From a phage: a stretch of DNA of 64,000 nt. This document shows, one piece after another, positions 1-10,330 of the stretch; position 1 is the stretch's first letter, and the number at the start of each line of letters is the position of its first letter. Below the pieces are notes generated by a model. That model was not told the origin of the DNA, ran no database searches, and worked only from the letters and a program-made list of their open reading frames with translations. The stretch lies in the NCBI GenBank assembly GCA_022143435.1, contig GCA_022143435.1_3941.1. One strand, written 5' to 3'. A program made the translations under genes and the position numbers.

Positions 1-738
1 AAGGAATTTAAAACCTACACCAACTGTCTTCTTAGCTTTTGGTGTTGATTTTATTGGGCAATCCCAAATTTCACCTACGTTGTTGTCAGCAATGAAAATC
101 AAAGGCGACTTTTCATAGGTCATATCAATGCAGTAAGTCCCTTCAGCTTGGCGAAGGTCTTTATCAATACTCATCAAGGCAGCCTTTTTACCCATCTTTT
201 CAGCTTTAGCAATAACGATAGAATCGGCTTCAAATCCATCAAGAATTAGTTTGAACTCTGGTCTTGACAGAAGGTATTCACGACAAGCAACTAAGTGTGT
301 TGGTGTGACAGCATCTTTACGGTTACCTTGATATTGGTGCTCAAGACCTTTAATGTCTTTATGTTTATGCACACCTTTCTCTGTTAAATAGCCTACCCAA
401 GTTCTCTCTTTACCAACAACCTTAAGCCATTCCTGAAGCACCTGTTGAGTAGCCATGATAGCTTCTTTTTCACTCTTAGCTTCTTTCCAAGTCTGTCTTT
501 CCCATTCATCTTCATCAAATGTCAGGCCAAGTTCTTCTACAAGGATTCTCTGGTCTGCTAACCATCTTGCAGCATCTTTCGCATTATCAAATGGCTCAGA
601 TTCTTCTGCGGTGAGTTTATTGACGTATTTATATTTTGATTTCTCAACTACACAAGCACCTTTATAGGCAATACTGTCAGAGTCAATAAAAACATGTGTA
701 ACTGAATCGGGAAGTTTTGTTAATGTGTACTTCTCCAT
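1..738 (-). CDS. 5'-3' exonuclease / flap endonuclease (T4 RNase H / T5 D15-like), C-terminus cut by window edge
   Basis: ATG at 738 with GGAG 7 nt upstream; open to position 1 (246 codons); FEN-family motifs FIDSDSIAYKG, GFEADS, SIDKDL. Confidence 0.75.
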   Translation of the reverse strand, partial: MEKYTLTKLPDSVTHVFIDSDSIAYKGACVVEKSKYKYVNKLTAEESEPFDNAKDAARWLADQRILVEELGLTFDEDEWERQTWKEAKSEKEAIMATQQVLQEWLKVVGKERTWVGYLTEKGVHKHKDIKGLEHQYQGNRKDAVTPTHLVACREYLLSRPEFKLILDGFEADSIVIAKAEKMGKKAALMSIDKDLRQAEGTYCIDMTYEKSPLIFIADNNVGEIWDCPIKSTPKAKKTVGVGFKFL

Positions 739-799
739 TATGGCTCTCCATATGAAAAAGCCCCATACGGAGTACAGGGCTTTAAAGTAACTTTAGAGA

Positions 800-1657
800 T
801 TAATCTTCTGTATCGAAGTCTTCATCCTCTTCGTCATCTGGGTCTGGCAAATCTTCATCATCACCATCATCAGAATCATTCGAAGATTTATGGTCTGTTG
901 CGTCTTCTTCAGTGATTTCACCGTTATCTTCGACACCATCAAGACCAAGCATAGCCAGTTCATCTTCATCCAGTTCAGGTTCACCATTAGCACCGTTGCC
1001 ACCAGTGTAAGGTACAAGAGTATCAATGATAAACTGTTCCTGAATAGGTTTAGTCAGAACATTGTTCTCAAAAGTGTAGAAGTGAGTAGAAAGAATCACA
1101 CTACCAAAAGAACCGTTACCAACTGCGATATCTGGATGAATTACATCATAGTTCTTATCATCTTCATGCTTATCAGATGCTTGAGCTTTGATTTTCTTCA
1201 TCGGCTGCTTAACAGCTACACGCTTACCATTTACTTCTTCAATCAGCATTACAGGGAATGACTGTTTAGCTGTCCATACAGCACCATCTTTATAAGCTGC
1301 TGCACGACTTACTTTCAAGATGTAGTAAGTGTCTGCTTCAAATGGTGGTTTGCAACCAAACTTCTCTTCGAAGTCATCTGCATCAACTGCTTCAGTGGTA
1401 ACTTTATCCCAACCTTCTGGGTTTTTCTTAGACTTAGTAAACTCTTTAAAGAGTTTGTTACCGTCTTCTGCCAGAATTGATACGCTGTAGTTACAATCTT
1501 TTCCTGGGAATTTCTTGTCAATAGATTTACCTTTACCCGGACGTGGTGAAGTGTTCAGGTAATAAAACCAGACATCTTTCAGCAGGTAACGCAGAGTTTG
1601 ACGTTCAGTACCGTTGTACTTCTCTACCGGAGCTTTCATTTTAACAACTTTAGACAT
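800..1657 (-). CDS. putative ssDNA-binding protein (acidic C-terminal tail)
   Basis: 285-aa ORF ending DDGDDEDLPDPDDEEDEDFDTED, an SSB-like acidic tail; lies among replication genes. Confidence 0.4.
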   Translation of the reverse strand: MSKVVKMKAPVEKYNGTERQTLRYLLKDVWFYYLNTSPRPGKGKSIDKKFPGKDCNYSVSILAEDGNKLFKEFTKSKKNPEGWDKVTTEAVDADDFEEKFGCKPPFEADTYYILKVSRAAAYKDGAVWTAKQSFPVMLIEEVNGKRVAVKQPMKKIKAQASDKHEDDKNYDVIHPDIAVGNGSFGSVILSTHFYTFENNVLTKPIQEQFIIDTLVPYTGGNGANGEPELDEDELAMLGLDGVEDNGEITEEDATDHKSSNDSDDGDDEDLPDPDDEEDEDFDTED

Positions 1658-1729
1658 TATTTAAACCTCTATCTCAATTTATGAAGAGTACCAATTCTAA
1701 TTTGTTGATACTCTATTGTCAAATACTAA

Positions 1730-1879
1730 TTACTGGAAGTTGTGCTTATCTTTAGAAGCTGCTTTACGTGCAGTTTTTCCAGTTCTTACACGTTTTTCTT
1801 CATAGTATTTTGCTGGTTTTCCAGCAGTGGCTTTTAAGGAATCCCCAAAAACTTTTTCAAATGCTTTAGAGTGTTTCAT
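1730..1879 (-). CDS. small basic protein (49 aa), hypothetical
   Basis: ATG with GGAG 6 nt upstream; below the ORF-track size cutoff; lysine/arginine rich. Confidence 0.4.
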   Translation of the reverse strand: MKHSKAFEKVFGDSLKATAGKPAKYYEEKRVRTGKTARKAASKDKHNFQ

Positions 1880-2131
1880 GATATTCTCCGATATACTTGA
1901 TATTCAAACACATTTTCTTTCATTATAAACAGCCAACCAATATTATGCTGAGGCAGTGTAATGATGACTGTAATCATACTTTGATGGAACTGTTGTTCTA
2001 TTTCAACTTCTCCATCGCATTTCATGTGGAGCATTCTATAGAACCTATCAATCTTTGTCAAACACTCTTCATGAAATTTATTTAAACTTTTTTCTTCAAA
2101 GAAGGGTGTGAACCCCTCTCTTTTATAGCTA

Positions 2132-4117
2132 TCACTCAGTTTCGAACGGGCAGTCATCTGCATCCTCACTTAATACAGGTGGAATCGTTGAGCTTTGACG
2201 CTGCTCTTCAGTATAGACTTCACCAGTCTCACGGTCAAACACTTCGTCCTCATAATGTGGCAAAGAGTCATCGTAATGGTCTTCAGCTTCACCAATACCA
2301 AACTGCTGGCGAATATTTTCTGCTGCACCATCAATATCAACACCACATCCAGAAGCTTTGATAAGACGTCCTGTATCTGGATTGTACCAAGTATGACCAG
2401 CAATACCTGTTGACTTACCATGACGACGACACTTAGTTAACTTGATTTTTGTCAAGTTTTTCTTAACAGGGTCTGGGTCAACCTTGTTACGCATTAACAG
2501 AATGTTGTTCATAGAAATCTGGAAATACGCACCAGAACCTTTAATATCCTCTTCAGAGATATCTCCACCTTCGGAGTTAGCCTTCTGACCACCTGCACTC
2601 TTACGAACGTGACATACGTTTACCTGCGCATACTGGTAGCGTTTGCAACGACGCAATAGCTCAGATAAAACTTCCTCTTCATCCGTATCTGAACGTGACA
2701 GAGCCAACGTAATAGGGTCAAGAATAATAATCTTACAGTCTAAGCTGTTAACAAGATAGTCAACAAACTCCAGCAAGTTATCTTGGTCAATTGCCCCTTG
2801 ATGGTCAACGATGTGGATACGACGACCTTTAGACAGTTCTGCGTGTGCCTTCTTCAATTCATCCCAATCACGTTCGTCATAAGGAATCTCAGAAATCTGC
2901 TTGCTCAGGTGGATTGCACAGAGCATCTCCATCAACTCTTCATAGGTATCTTCTACAGGAATTACACCAATATTGTAATCGGTATCTTTCCAAGCAGTAT
3001 AAATCATTTCACGAGTGTATGCAGATTTACCCACTGAAGATGGTGCTGCCAGAGTTGTAATCTCACCTAAACCGTAACCACCATAAGTCAGTCTGTTCAA
3101 ATCCCCGAAAGATTCTGGGAAAGGAATCAATGGAATCTGACCACGATTCTTCATTGCCTCAAAACCATCTGCAAAGTTCTTGATACCAGCAGGGCAATAA
3201 CGAGGTGCGTTGTAGATACGCTGCTTAAATCCTTCCAGAACTGTGTCTTTCTCTTTATAGAACTTTGTCCACCATTCGTTAAGGTCTTTTACACCCTCTG
3301 GATACTGGAATAAACGAACCTTCTCGATAGGTAAGATACCAGCAGCCTCTTTGGTAGCTTTAGCACCTGCTTCATCGTTATCAAAGCACAAGTAAATTTC
3401 ATCAAATGATGTGATGTACTGATAGTTATCTTTGATAGACTTGATGTTTGCACCTGATGGAACAGATACGTGACAGTAATTCTTACGACGAGACTTATCT
3501 TTAATCGCCAAAGAAGTCATGTAGATAGCTGTCGCACATTCCATCTCACCTTCCCAGATGAACAGTCGGTTCCCACCTTCTGGAGCAATCCATGAACCGA
3601 ACATTACCAGTTCACCTTTGATATCTCCAACACCACCTGAAAAGTCTTTTAACTTACCACGTAGGTGTTCTTTTGGATGGTCTTCTGGGTAACGGTGACG
3701 AACACGGTAGCCAACATGTTCTAGCTTGCCATCTTCATTACGTTTATAAGTTGGATAGAAATGTGCATCAATTTCACCATCACTATCAATGTCAACCTTG
3801 ATACCTAAACGTTCAAGGACTTTTGCAGGGATTTTCCTGTCTTTCAAGTCCATTGCTTCAAGGTTTTCTTTCACATCGTCTAAATCCATTCCACGGAAAG
3901 TACGGTTTTTATTGTCTGAACCAGTAGAATAAGTGCTCACGATTTGTCCTTTATCAAAATCCCACTCTGGGAAACCTTTGTTACAGCTAAAGCAAGTCAT
4001 CGAATAAGAATCATCGTCATGATGATAGATTGAACCAGCATCTGATGAACCACAACGTGGACATGCACAATGACCAATAAACTGACCAGCCTCTTTCAAT
4101 TTACGACCTTTAGACAT
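2132..4117 (-). CDS. bifunctional DNA primase-helicase (T7 gp4-like)
   Basis: N-terminal Cys4 zinc finger (CACPRCGSS...CFSCNKG), TOPRIM-like FDNDEAG, DnaB-type Walker A (AAPSSVGKSAYT); ATG 4117 preceded by GAGGTG. Confidence 0.9.
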   Translation of the reverse strand: MSKGRKLKEAGQFIGHCACPRCGSSDAGSIYHHDDDSYSMTCFSCNKGFPEWDFDKGQIVSTYSTGSDNKNRTFRGMDLDDVKENLEAMDLKDRKIPAKVLERLGIKVDIDSDGEIDAHFYPTYKRNEDGKLEHVGYRVRHRYPEDHPKEHLRGKLKDFSGGVGDIKGELVMFGSWIAPEGGNRLFIWEGEMECATAIYMTSLAIKDKSRRKNYCHVSVPSGANIKSIKDNYQYITSFDEIYLCFDNDEAGAKATKEAAGILPIEKVRLFQYPEGVKDLNEWWTKFYKEKDTVLEGFKQRIYNAPRYCPAGIKNFADGFEAMKNRGQIPLIPFPESFGDLNRLTYGGYGLGEITTLAAPSSVGKSAYTREMIYTAWKDTDYNIGVIPVEDTYEELMEMLCAIHLSKQISEIPYDERDWDELKKAHAELSKGRRIHIVDHQGAIDQDNLLEFVDYLVNSLDCKIIILDPITLALSRSDTDEEEVLSELLRRCKRYQYAQVNVCHVRKSAGGQKANSEGGDISEEDIKGSGAYFQISMNNILLMRNKVDPDPVKKNLTKIKLTKCRRHGKSTGIAGHTWYNPDTGRLIKASGCGVDIDGAAENIRQQFGIGEAEDHYDDSLPHYEDEVFDRETGEVYTEEQRQSSTIPPVLSEDADDCPFETE

Positions 4118-4310
4118 TAGCACCTCTTCGTTGTAGTTCTGCTTTTAATCCATTTTCAATCTTGTCCAGCTCATGAATTTCATCTGCAATCTCTTTCCTT
4201 CGTGATTCAACTCTCTTAAGACGTTCAATCATTACCTCATTGGAAAGAGATGAGAGTTCCACTAAACGGTGGTCAATAACTTTAAAATTGTCTTTTACTC
4301 TCATCTTCAT
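4110..4310 (-). CDS. hypothetical protein (66 aa)
   Basis: ORF in operon context, charged/coiled-coil-like sequence. Confidence 0.35.
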   Translation of the reverse strand: MKMRVKDNFKVIDHRLVELSSLSNEVMIERLKRVESRRKEIADEIHELDKIENGLKAELQRRGANV

Positions 4311-4318
4311 CCTCTCTT

Positions 4319-5062
4319 TTAAACTTTAATGATGGCTCTTAGCTTGTTCTCAAGGTCTGCAAGAGTACCATTATTATGAATAATGTCACGCTCATATTTT
4401 GTAGAAATGCCATTTTCTGAAACATGTGATGAAACTTTGTCCACATTGTCTCTTTTTACTTCAATAGTTTGGTGTGCAAATCTACTCAGCCATTCAGCTT
4501 CAGAGTCAAATCTTAAATCACTGATTAAGACAAAACCATATTGGTTTCTAAGTGAGCACATTTCATGGAATCTAACCATTCTTTTTTCAAGGTCTTTAGA
4601 CCAGAACTTGTCGCCCATTACTTTACGGACAACTTCAGTACCCCAAACCTGTTGAATTTGTCTTGATGAGAATTTATACTTTTTACTAAACCCCAGACGT
4701 GTCAATAGAGTCGGTTTAGCAACCTTCTTAAGCTCCATGATTAATCGTCCGGTTAACTCTGACATAAGCTTGAAGTCCATATGGTAACGTTCATCTCTGA
4801 AGGTGAACTCCATAGCTTCCGTAACTTTAAACATCAGTTCAGAGTATGATAAGTCAAAAACCTGTGGAGTCTCTTTAGTTTCACCGTACAGGTCATTCCA
4901 AGTCAAGTCAAATATCTTTGATGCAGATAGTTTAAGGTTGTCTGCAAAGGCCATTACAGCAACATTGTAGCCATACTCATCCTCTAAGATGTTCTTCACA
5001 ATAGAACATGAGGTGTCTTTTCCAGAACGTGCCTTTCCAGTAAATGCGATAATATTACTCAT
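4319..5062 (-). CDS. deoxynucleoside monophosphate kinase
   Basis: N-terminal P-loop FTGKARSGKDT resembling T4 gene 1 dNMP kinase (GVKRSGKDT). Confidence 0.7.
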   Translation of the reverse strand: MSNIIAFTGKARSGKDTSCSIVKNILEDEYGYNVAVMAFADNLKLSASKIFDLTWNDLYGETKETPQVFDLSYSELMFKVTEAMEFTFRDERYHMDFKLMSELTGRLIMELKKVAKPTLLTRLGFSKKYKFSSRQIQQVWGTEVVRKVMGDKFWSKDLEKRMVRFHEMCSLRNQYGFVLISDLRFDSEAEWLSRFAHQTIEVKRDNVDKVSSHVSENGISTKYERDIIHNNGTLADLENKLRAIIKV

Positions 5063-5123
5063 TTTATCTCCCTTAATTACTAAAAAGCCCCCAACTAAGG
5101 AGGCTTGTAAGATTTATAAAGAC

Positions 5124-5924
5124 TTAGTGCAGTTGCTCAGCAGACTCTTTTTCAGCCATAGCTGAGATTTGCTTCACAAAATCATCACCGAAGTTAATGC
5201 GTAGTTTCTCTTCAATGATTGAAGCACCAATGTTCACCAAAACATCATTGATTGCTTGCATACTAACGCCACCAGTCATTTCCTCAATGAACTCAATACT
5301 CACACCCATCATCTGTGACAGTTGGATTAGTGCAACGATATTCATCATCGTAGATATAGCTGGAATCATCAGTGCAACTTTCACCTGAAGTGGTTCAATG
5401 TCAGCTACAGAGTCATTTTCAACAGCTTCTTCCAAAGACTCTTTAGTTTGCTGGATAATCTCTTTGATTCGTGGGTTTAATTCTTCTACGCCCCAATCAA
5501 GTTTTTCATATCGTGAAAGTTTCTCTTCCATACGCTTCTCAAGAACAGCCATAACAGCACTCGTTGATGAGATAAGCGTATCAATAATGAAATCAGTGTC
5601 CTTAGTCAGCAACAGTTCCTTATCTTCGTCTGACATCCTGATATAGTCATTCTTTTGCATTTCATAAAAAATGAACTCAGCAAGTGCATCAACACCAACC
5701 GCAATAGATGCCAGAGCAAGTGTAGTGTCTGTCAACATCATATTAACCTGTTCTGCAAAAGCACCGTTATCAGACTTGTCTTCAGGCAAGTTATAGCTTG
5801 CAGGCATAAACTGTTCTGTGTAGTTGTTGCCACGAAGAATCATAGCCATGCTTTCTACGGCATTGATTAAGAATGCTTCATCAACACCTTTCTCTTCAAG
5901 CATCTTTTCTACATCGATATTCAT
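5124..5924 (-). CDS. hypothetical protein
   Basis: 266-aa ORF, no motif recognised. Confidence 0.5.
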   Translation of the reverse strand: MNIDVEKMLEEKGVDEAFLINAVESMAMILRGNNYTEQFMPASYNLPEDKSDNGAFAEQVNMMLTDTTLALASIAVGVDALAEFIFYEMQKNDYIRMSDEDKELLLTKDTDFIIDTLISSTSAVMAVLEKRMEEKLSRYEKLDWGVEELNPRIKEIIQQTKESLEEAVENDSVADIEPLQVKVALMIPAISTMMNIVALIQLSQMMGVSIEFIEEMTGGVSMQAINDVLVNIGASIIEEKLRINFGDDFVKQISAMAEKESAEQLH

Positions 5925-5925
5925 A

Positions 5926-6348
5926 TTATTTCTCTCTCAGTTGGTTAAGTTTCTTTCTAGAACATTTTAAGTTTTCGGATGAAGAAAAGTCAAGTGTCTT
6001 TTCAGAACGTGGATAATAGTTCCTATCCCAAGAAGTTTCAACATCGTTAATCAGTGATGCTAGATTACACAGGTCTGTACCACTTTGCAACCTCTTTTTA
6101 AGAGAATCTAGTAAAGCAACTGTGTCTTTAGCTTTACGTCTCGCTGTAGCAACATCTTTCATATGCTCAAATACAGAGCATTTTAAGTCATCTTCATAGT
6201 CTTCAGACAACTCTATTTCATGTTGTATATCAACCATTCTCCTGTGATGGTGAGCATATTCCCGTTGAGCAGCAATGTCAAGTTCTTCCAACTTCTGCAA
6301 AGCTCTAACAAAGTCAGCTATGTCTGGGTGAACAAACATTTTCTGCAT
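5926..6348 (-). CDS. hypothetical protein
   Basis: 140-aa ORF, no motif recognised. Confidence 0.5.
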   Translation of the reverse strand: MQKMFVHPDIADFVRALQKLEELDIAAQREYAHHHRRMVDIQHEIELSEDYEDDLKCSVFEHMKDVATARRKAKDTVALLDSLKKRLQSGTDLCNLASLINDVETSWDRNYYPRSEKTLDFSSSENLKCSRKKLNQLREK

Positions 6349-6605
6349 GTAAGCCTCTTTTAAGTAGCTATTAAGTTTTAATCTTTTATCTTAACGTATT
6401 CTATACGTTATACTTTAAAGCTTTTTAAAAGCTATTAAATAATCTTTTAAGAGTTTTAAAGTATCTGTATAGTTAAACTGTTAAGTAACCTTTTAAGTAA
6501 AAACCCACTTCGCAAAGATTAACACCTTGTCAAGTGCATTGTCAACTTGCTTTTTATAATTTTTTGCAGTAATGTATGAGGTTAATGATTTTAGAGGGAG
6601 TAAAA

Positions 6606-9305
6606 ATGGAAAACGTAGATTTTAAAAACTTACATTTAGTTGGTGATACAGAAACTGATGGTTTACTCCTTGAGTTCACTAAAGTGCACGTAATGGCTTT
6701 CGCAGACTATAAATCTGACGATGAAGAGCCGCCTGTATGGGTCTTTACAGATGAGCCTATCCTCGGTCACAAGTATACCAAGTATATTAAGGGTGGCTTA
6801 CGTGAAGGTATTGAGTTTGCGTTAAAGGCAAAACGTCTTTGCATCCATAACGGTCTCGGTTATGACTGGTGGGTTTTCAATCACATTGCACCTGATTTAT
6901 GGAACTTTGATAATCCAAAGTGTAAACCGTGGAGTAATTTCTTTCAGGATTCTCTTATCCAGTCTCGTGTTCAGTGGATGGATAGACCAACTCCAAAGGG
7001 TTATAAAGGTGCTCATGGTTTGGCTGCATGGGGTGCTCGCGTTGGTGTTCGTAAGCCAGAGATTGAGCATTGGGGTGTGTGGAATGCAGAAATCTTCACT
7101 CGTGTTGTAGAAGATATCCGTATTAACGCCAAAACTAAACGGGCACTTGATAACGAGTATCTCAAGCTTAAGAAGTGTGGTATAGACACTTATGAGACTT
7201 ACATGCGAGCTAAAGAAACATCTTTCTGGATGAGTCAACAGGCTATTAATGGCTGGAAAGCTGATAAAGAGCTTATGGAGTTCCATGTGAAGGAACTTGA
7301 CAAATTGACTAATGAGCTTGCTTCAGAGGTTGAACCACATCTACCTCCAACTATTAAGACCAAAGGTAAAGTCACTGGAGAAGAGTTTGCAAAAGCTTGG
7401 AATGAGTATGTTGAAGCATTCGGTCATGCAGATGGACTGAAGAGAATTACCAAGTACCCTAAGACAAAGTACCGTCAGCAGGTACGTAACGGTGAGATGC
7501 AGACATACGAAATCAAGCCATTTGGTAAGCCAACTACAAAGATTTTTAACATTGAAAAGAGAAATTGCTATACACCAACCAACTCTGTAACTGGTGAAGA
7601 GTACAAGGAAGGTTTTGTAGCAATGAAGGATGCTCGTGCAATTTGCAATGAGTTGAACGCAAAGATTGGTAAGAAATGCAAAGACTGGAAGCCAGTAAAA
7701 ACAGTCAAAACTGTGAAGTACTATAACAGTCATGTTGTTAACCACTTTGAACTTGAGTCAAGTCGCTACACAGGTTTGATTGATGCACCATATACACCAA
7801 TTGAGTTCGAAGTTTCTCGCATGACTCAGGTAGCAGTTGTTAAAGACTACTTGAAATCAGTTGGTTGGATTCCAGATGACTGGAATTACAAGAAAGACTC
7901 AGATGGTCGCCCTGTCAAAGTTTGTCGTTTCAAAGACAATAAAAAGATGATTACAAAGCATCCTAAGTGGCAGGAAATGGTTGAGCGGTGTGGTTTGAAT
8001 TATGTTGAACATGAAGGTGTACAGTACATCGAGCATAACTGGTCTGTGAAGAAATACACAGATTTGCTTGAGCCTTGCTTAATCCGTACTTCACCAAAAC
8101 TTACTGAATCATCTTATGATACGATTGAAGGTGAGCTTGGACAGAAGATTGCTAAGTACTATACTTTGATGCACAGACGCAGAACTATTGAGAACTCAAA
8201 GGATGATGAAAAAGGTTGGTTGAACCAGATTCGTCCTGATGGTCGCCTTAGTGCTGGCGCAATGGTGTTTGGTACTTCAACTGGACGTATGACACAATAT
8301 GGTATTGTAAACGTACCGTCTGGTGCTGCTGTCTATGGGGAACCAATGAGGGCAGTGTGGATTTGTGAGGAAGGTACTAACGTTGTCTCTGTAGATATGA
8401 ACTCAGCCCAGCTAGTTCTTCTTTGTAACTTTATGGGTGATAAAGAGTTCACCAAAGCGGTAACGCAAGGTAAAGAAGAGATTGAGTTTATTCGTCAAGA
8501 AGATGGACGCTATTACTGCAAACATTTTGATGAGTACCTCAACCCAGAGATTGATAAGTACCTTCGCTATGACTCTGAGAATGACCTGTACGTTGTCTAT
8601 TCAGGGACTGATGCACATACACTGAACAGTATCTACTTTAGCTTGAACGATGAGCAGGACATCTTGACTTGTCGAGCTACTCAGGATGAGAATCTTCTTC
8701 ATGAGATTAGCAAAGGTCGTAAGAAAGCTAAGAATGGTATCTATGCACTACTGTTTGGTGCAGGTGATGAGAAGTTTGCTAAAACTATTAAGGCAGCCAC
8801 TACTCAGGAAGGTGCATTAACTAAACAGACTTACTTTGTGCGTTTGCCAAAGATTAAGAAACTATTAGATAACTTGGAAGCTGACTACAAAGCAACTAAA
8901 AAGGCACTTGAAGAGGTGTTTGGTAAGACCGCTGCAATCTCTAAAGGGGGTTTTGTAAAGGTTGCTGGAGCTTGGTTGTGGTGTAAATCTCCACATAAGT
9001 TGTTGAATTATTTGCTCATGGGTTCGGAAAGTCAGATTCAGAACGAGGCAATTAACCTTGCTTGCCGTCGTATGATTGACGAAGGTTTGATGAAGTTGAA
9101 CGGTCGCAAACCAGCTATAGGTGCTCGTTTATTGTGCTCCTATCACGACGAGACAAGTTGGGAATGTCCAGAAAGTATGACGGCAGAGGTGAAGGCTGTC
9201 ACTGATTGGTATTACGGGCAAGCCTCTAAGAACTTAGGACTAAAGAGTGAAACACTGGTAACTGGTACTGGTAAGGTTGGTAAGTCGTGGTTGGAAGTGC
9301 ATTAA
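6606..9305 (+). CDS. DNA polymerase, family A, with 3'-5' exonuclease domain
   Basis: Exo I motif VGDTETDGL; polymerase motif C YHDETSWECP; start moved to ATG 6606 (AGAGGGA RBS) rather than track start 6576. Confidence 0.9.
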   Translation: MENVDFKNLHLVGDTETDGLLLEFTKVHVMAFADYKSDDEEPPVWVFTDEPILGHKYTKYIKGGLREGIEFALKAKRLCIHNGLGYDWWVFNHIAPDLWNFDNPKCKPWSNFFQDSLIQSRVQWMDRPTPKGYKGAHGLAAWGARVGVRKPEIEHWGVWNAEIFTRVVEDIRINAKTKRALDNEYLKLKKCGIDTYETYMRAKETSFWMSQQAINGWKADKELMEFHVKELDKLTNELASEVEPHLPPTIKTKGKVTGEEFAKAWNEYVEAFGHADGLKRITKYPKTKYRQQVRNGEMQTYEIKPFGKPTTKIFNIEKRNCYTPTNSVTGEEYKEGFVAMKDARAICNELNAKIGKKCKDWKPVKTVKTVKYYNSHVVNHFELESSRYTGLIDAPYTPIEFEVSRMTQVAVVKDYLKSVGWIPDDWNYKKDSDGRPVKVCRFKDNKKMITKHPKWQEMVERCGLNYVEHEGVQYIEHNWSVKKYTDLLEPCLIRTSPKLTESSYDTIEGELGQKIAKYYTLMHRRRTIENSKDDEKGWLNQIRPDGRLSAGAMVFGTSTGRMTQYGIVNVPSGAAVYGEPMRAVWICEEGTNVVSVDMNSAQLVLLCNFMGDKEFTKAVTQGKEEIEFIRQEDGRYYCKHFDEYLNPEIDKYLRYDSENDLYVVYSGTDAHTLNSIYFSLNDEQDILTCRATQDENLLHEISKGRKKAKNGIYALLFGAGDEKFAKTIKAATTQEGALTKQTYFVRLPKIKKLLDNLEADYKATKKALEEVFGKTAAISKGGFVKVAGAWLWCKSPHKLLNYLLMGSESQIQNEAINLACRRMIDEGLMKLNGRKPAIGARLLCSYHDETSWECPESMTAEVKAVTDWYYGQASKNLGLKSETLVTGTGKVGKSWLEVH

Positions 9306-9315
9306 TGGTGACAAA

Positions 9316-9843
9316 ATGATTACACAAGAACGTTTAAAGGAACTACTACACTATGACCCCGAAACAGGGGTCTTTACTTGGCTTCGTAGGGAGGGTGACT
9401 CAAGGGCTGTTAAAGTCTTTAATAGTCGGTACGCAGGACAGGTAGCGGGGAGCATCCAGATTGACTCAACTGGTCATAATCAGATTACTATCTATTTTGA
9501 CAAGAAAGCACATAAAGCGCACAGACTCGCATGGCTGTACGTGTATGGTAGGCTGCCGAAAGGTGTTATTGACCATGTTAATGGGGACTCCCTTGATAAC
9601 AGGATTGTAAACTTAAGAGAAGCAGATGACTACCAAAGTGCTTGGAATAAAAGCAAACTATCCACCAATAAATCAGGCTATAAGGGTGTAAGCCTGAAGA
9701 AGAAGTCTGGTAGGTGGGTTGCGCAAATAAGCTATAAAGGTAAAAAGATGTCATTAGGCTACTATGACACACCAGAAGAGGCCCATAAAGCTTACTGTGA
9801 AGCTGCTGTAAAACTCCACGGAGAGTTTGCAAAACTAAGTTGA
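9316..9843 (+). CDS. HNH homing endonuclease with AP2-type DNA-binding domain
   Basis: HNH core HRLAWLYVYGRLPKGVIDHVNGDSLDNRIVNL; AP2-like SGYKGVSLKKKSGRWVAQISYKGKKMSLGYYDTPEEA; starts 11 nt after the polymerase stop. Confidence 0.8.
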   Translation: MITQERLKELLHYDPETGVFTWLRREGDSRAVKVFNSRYAGQVAGSIQIDSTGHNQITIYFDKKAHKAHRLAWLYVYGRLPKGVIDHVNGDSLDNRIVNLREADDYQSAWNKSKLSTNKSGYKGVSLKKKSGRWVAQISYKGKKMSLGYYDTPEEAHKAYCEAAVKLHGEFAKLS

Positions 9844-9894
9844 CAAGGTGCTCAGGGAAGAGTACCTTATACTATATCTTGTATAGGAGGGCTT

Positions 9895-10104
9895 ATGAGC
9901 CACCGTGGAAGAACCCATGCAGCGATGATGAAAGGTGCTTCAAAGGAGACTATCAAAAATCGTAAGCAGAAGTTGTTTGAGAGGATGAACAGGTTAATTG
10001 ACAATTCATCTCTTTCAGGTTCTGAGAAGGTTTTCTTGAAAGGTAATCTGAAAAGCATTGCACAAGAACTTATTGACATTGAGTATTGGAGACATCAAAA
10101 ATGA
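9895..10104 (+). CDS. hypothetical protein
   Basis: 69-aa ORF with RBS GGAGGG. Confidence 0.45.
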   Translation: MSHRGRTHAAMMKGASKETIKNRKQKLFERMNRLIDNSSLSGSEKVFLKGNLKSIAQELIDIEYWRHQK

Positions 10105-10313
10105 CACTTGCAGACGTTATTCAGCAACTTCATGATAACTGCTACACTCCAGAGTTAATTCAGGAGATGTCCATTGTAGTCATGCCTAGCAAGTTCGTAA
10201 AAACCTTTAACAACGACGCTTTAAGGTCTACACACATCCTTATCGTTGACGGTAAGATTGCAAAAGACCGTACTGGAGTACTCAAAGGTGAACGTATTGA
10301 CATTAACTTTTAA
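10101..10313 (+). CDS. hypothetical protein
   Basis: ATG 10101 with GGAG upstream (track start 10086 is TTG). Confidence 0.45.
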   Translation: MTLADVIQQLHDNCYTPELIQEMSIVVMPSKFVKTFNNDALRSTHILIVDGKIAKDRTGVLKGERIDINF

Positions 10314-10330
10314 GTATTGGAGAAATCAAA

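Noticed and set aside
6576-9305. Track start codon 6576 for the DNA polymerase
   Set aside because: ATG 6606 is preceded by AGAGGGA at good spacing, whereas 6576 sits within the promoter-like AT-rich tract; the shorter start is preferred.
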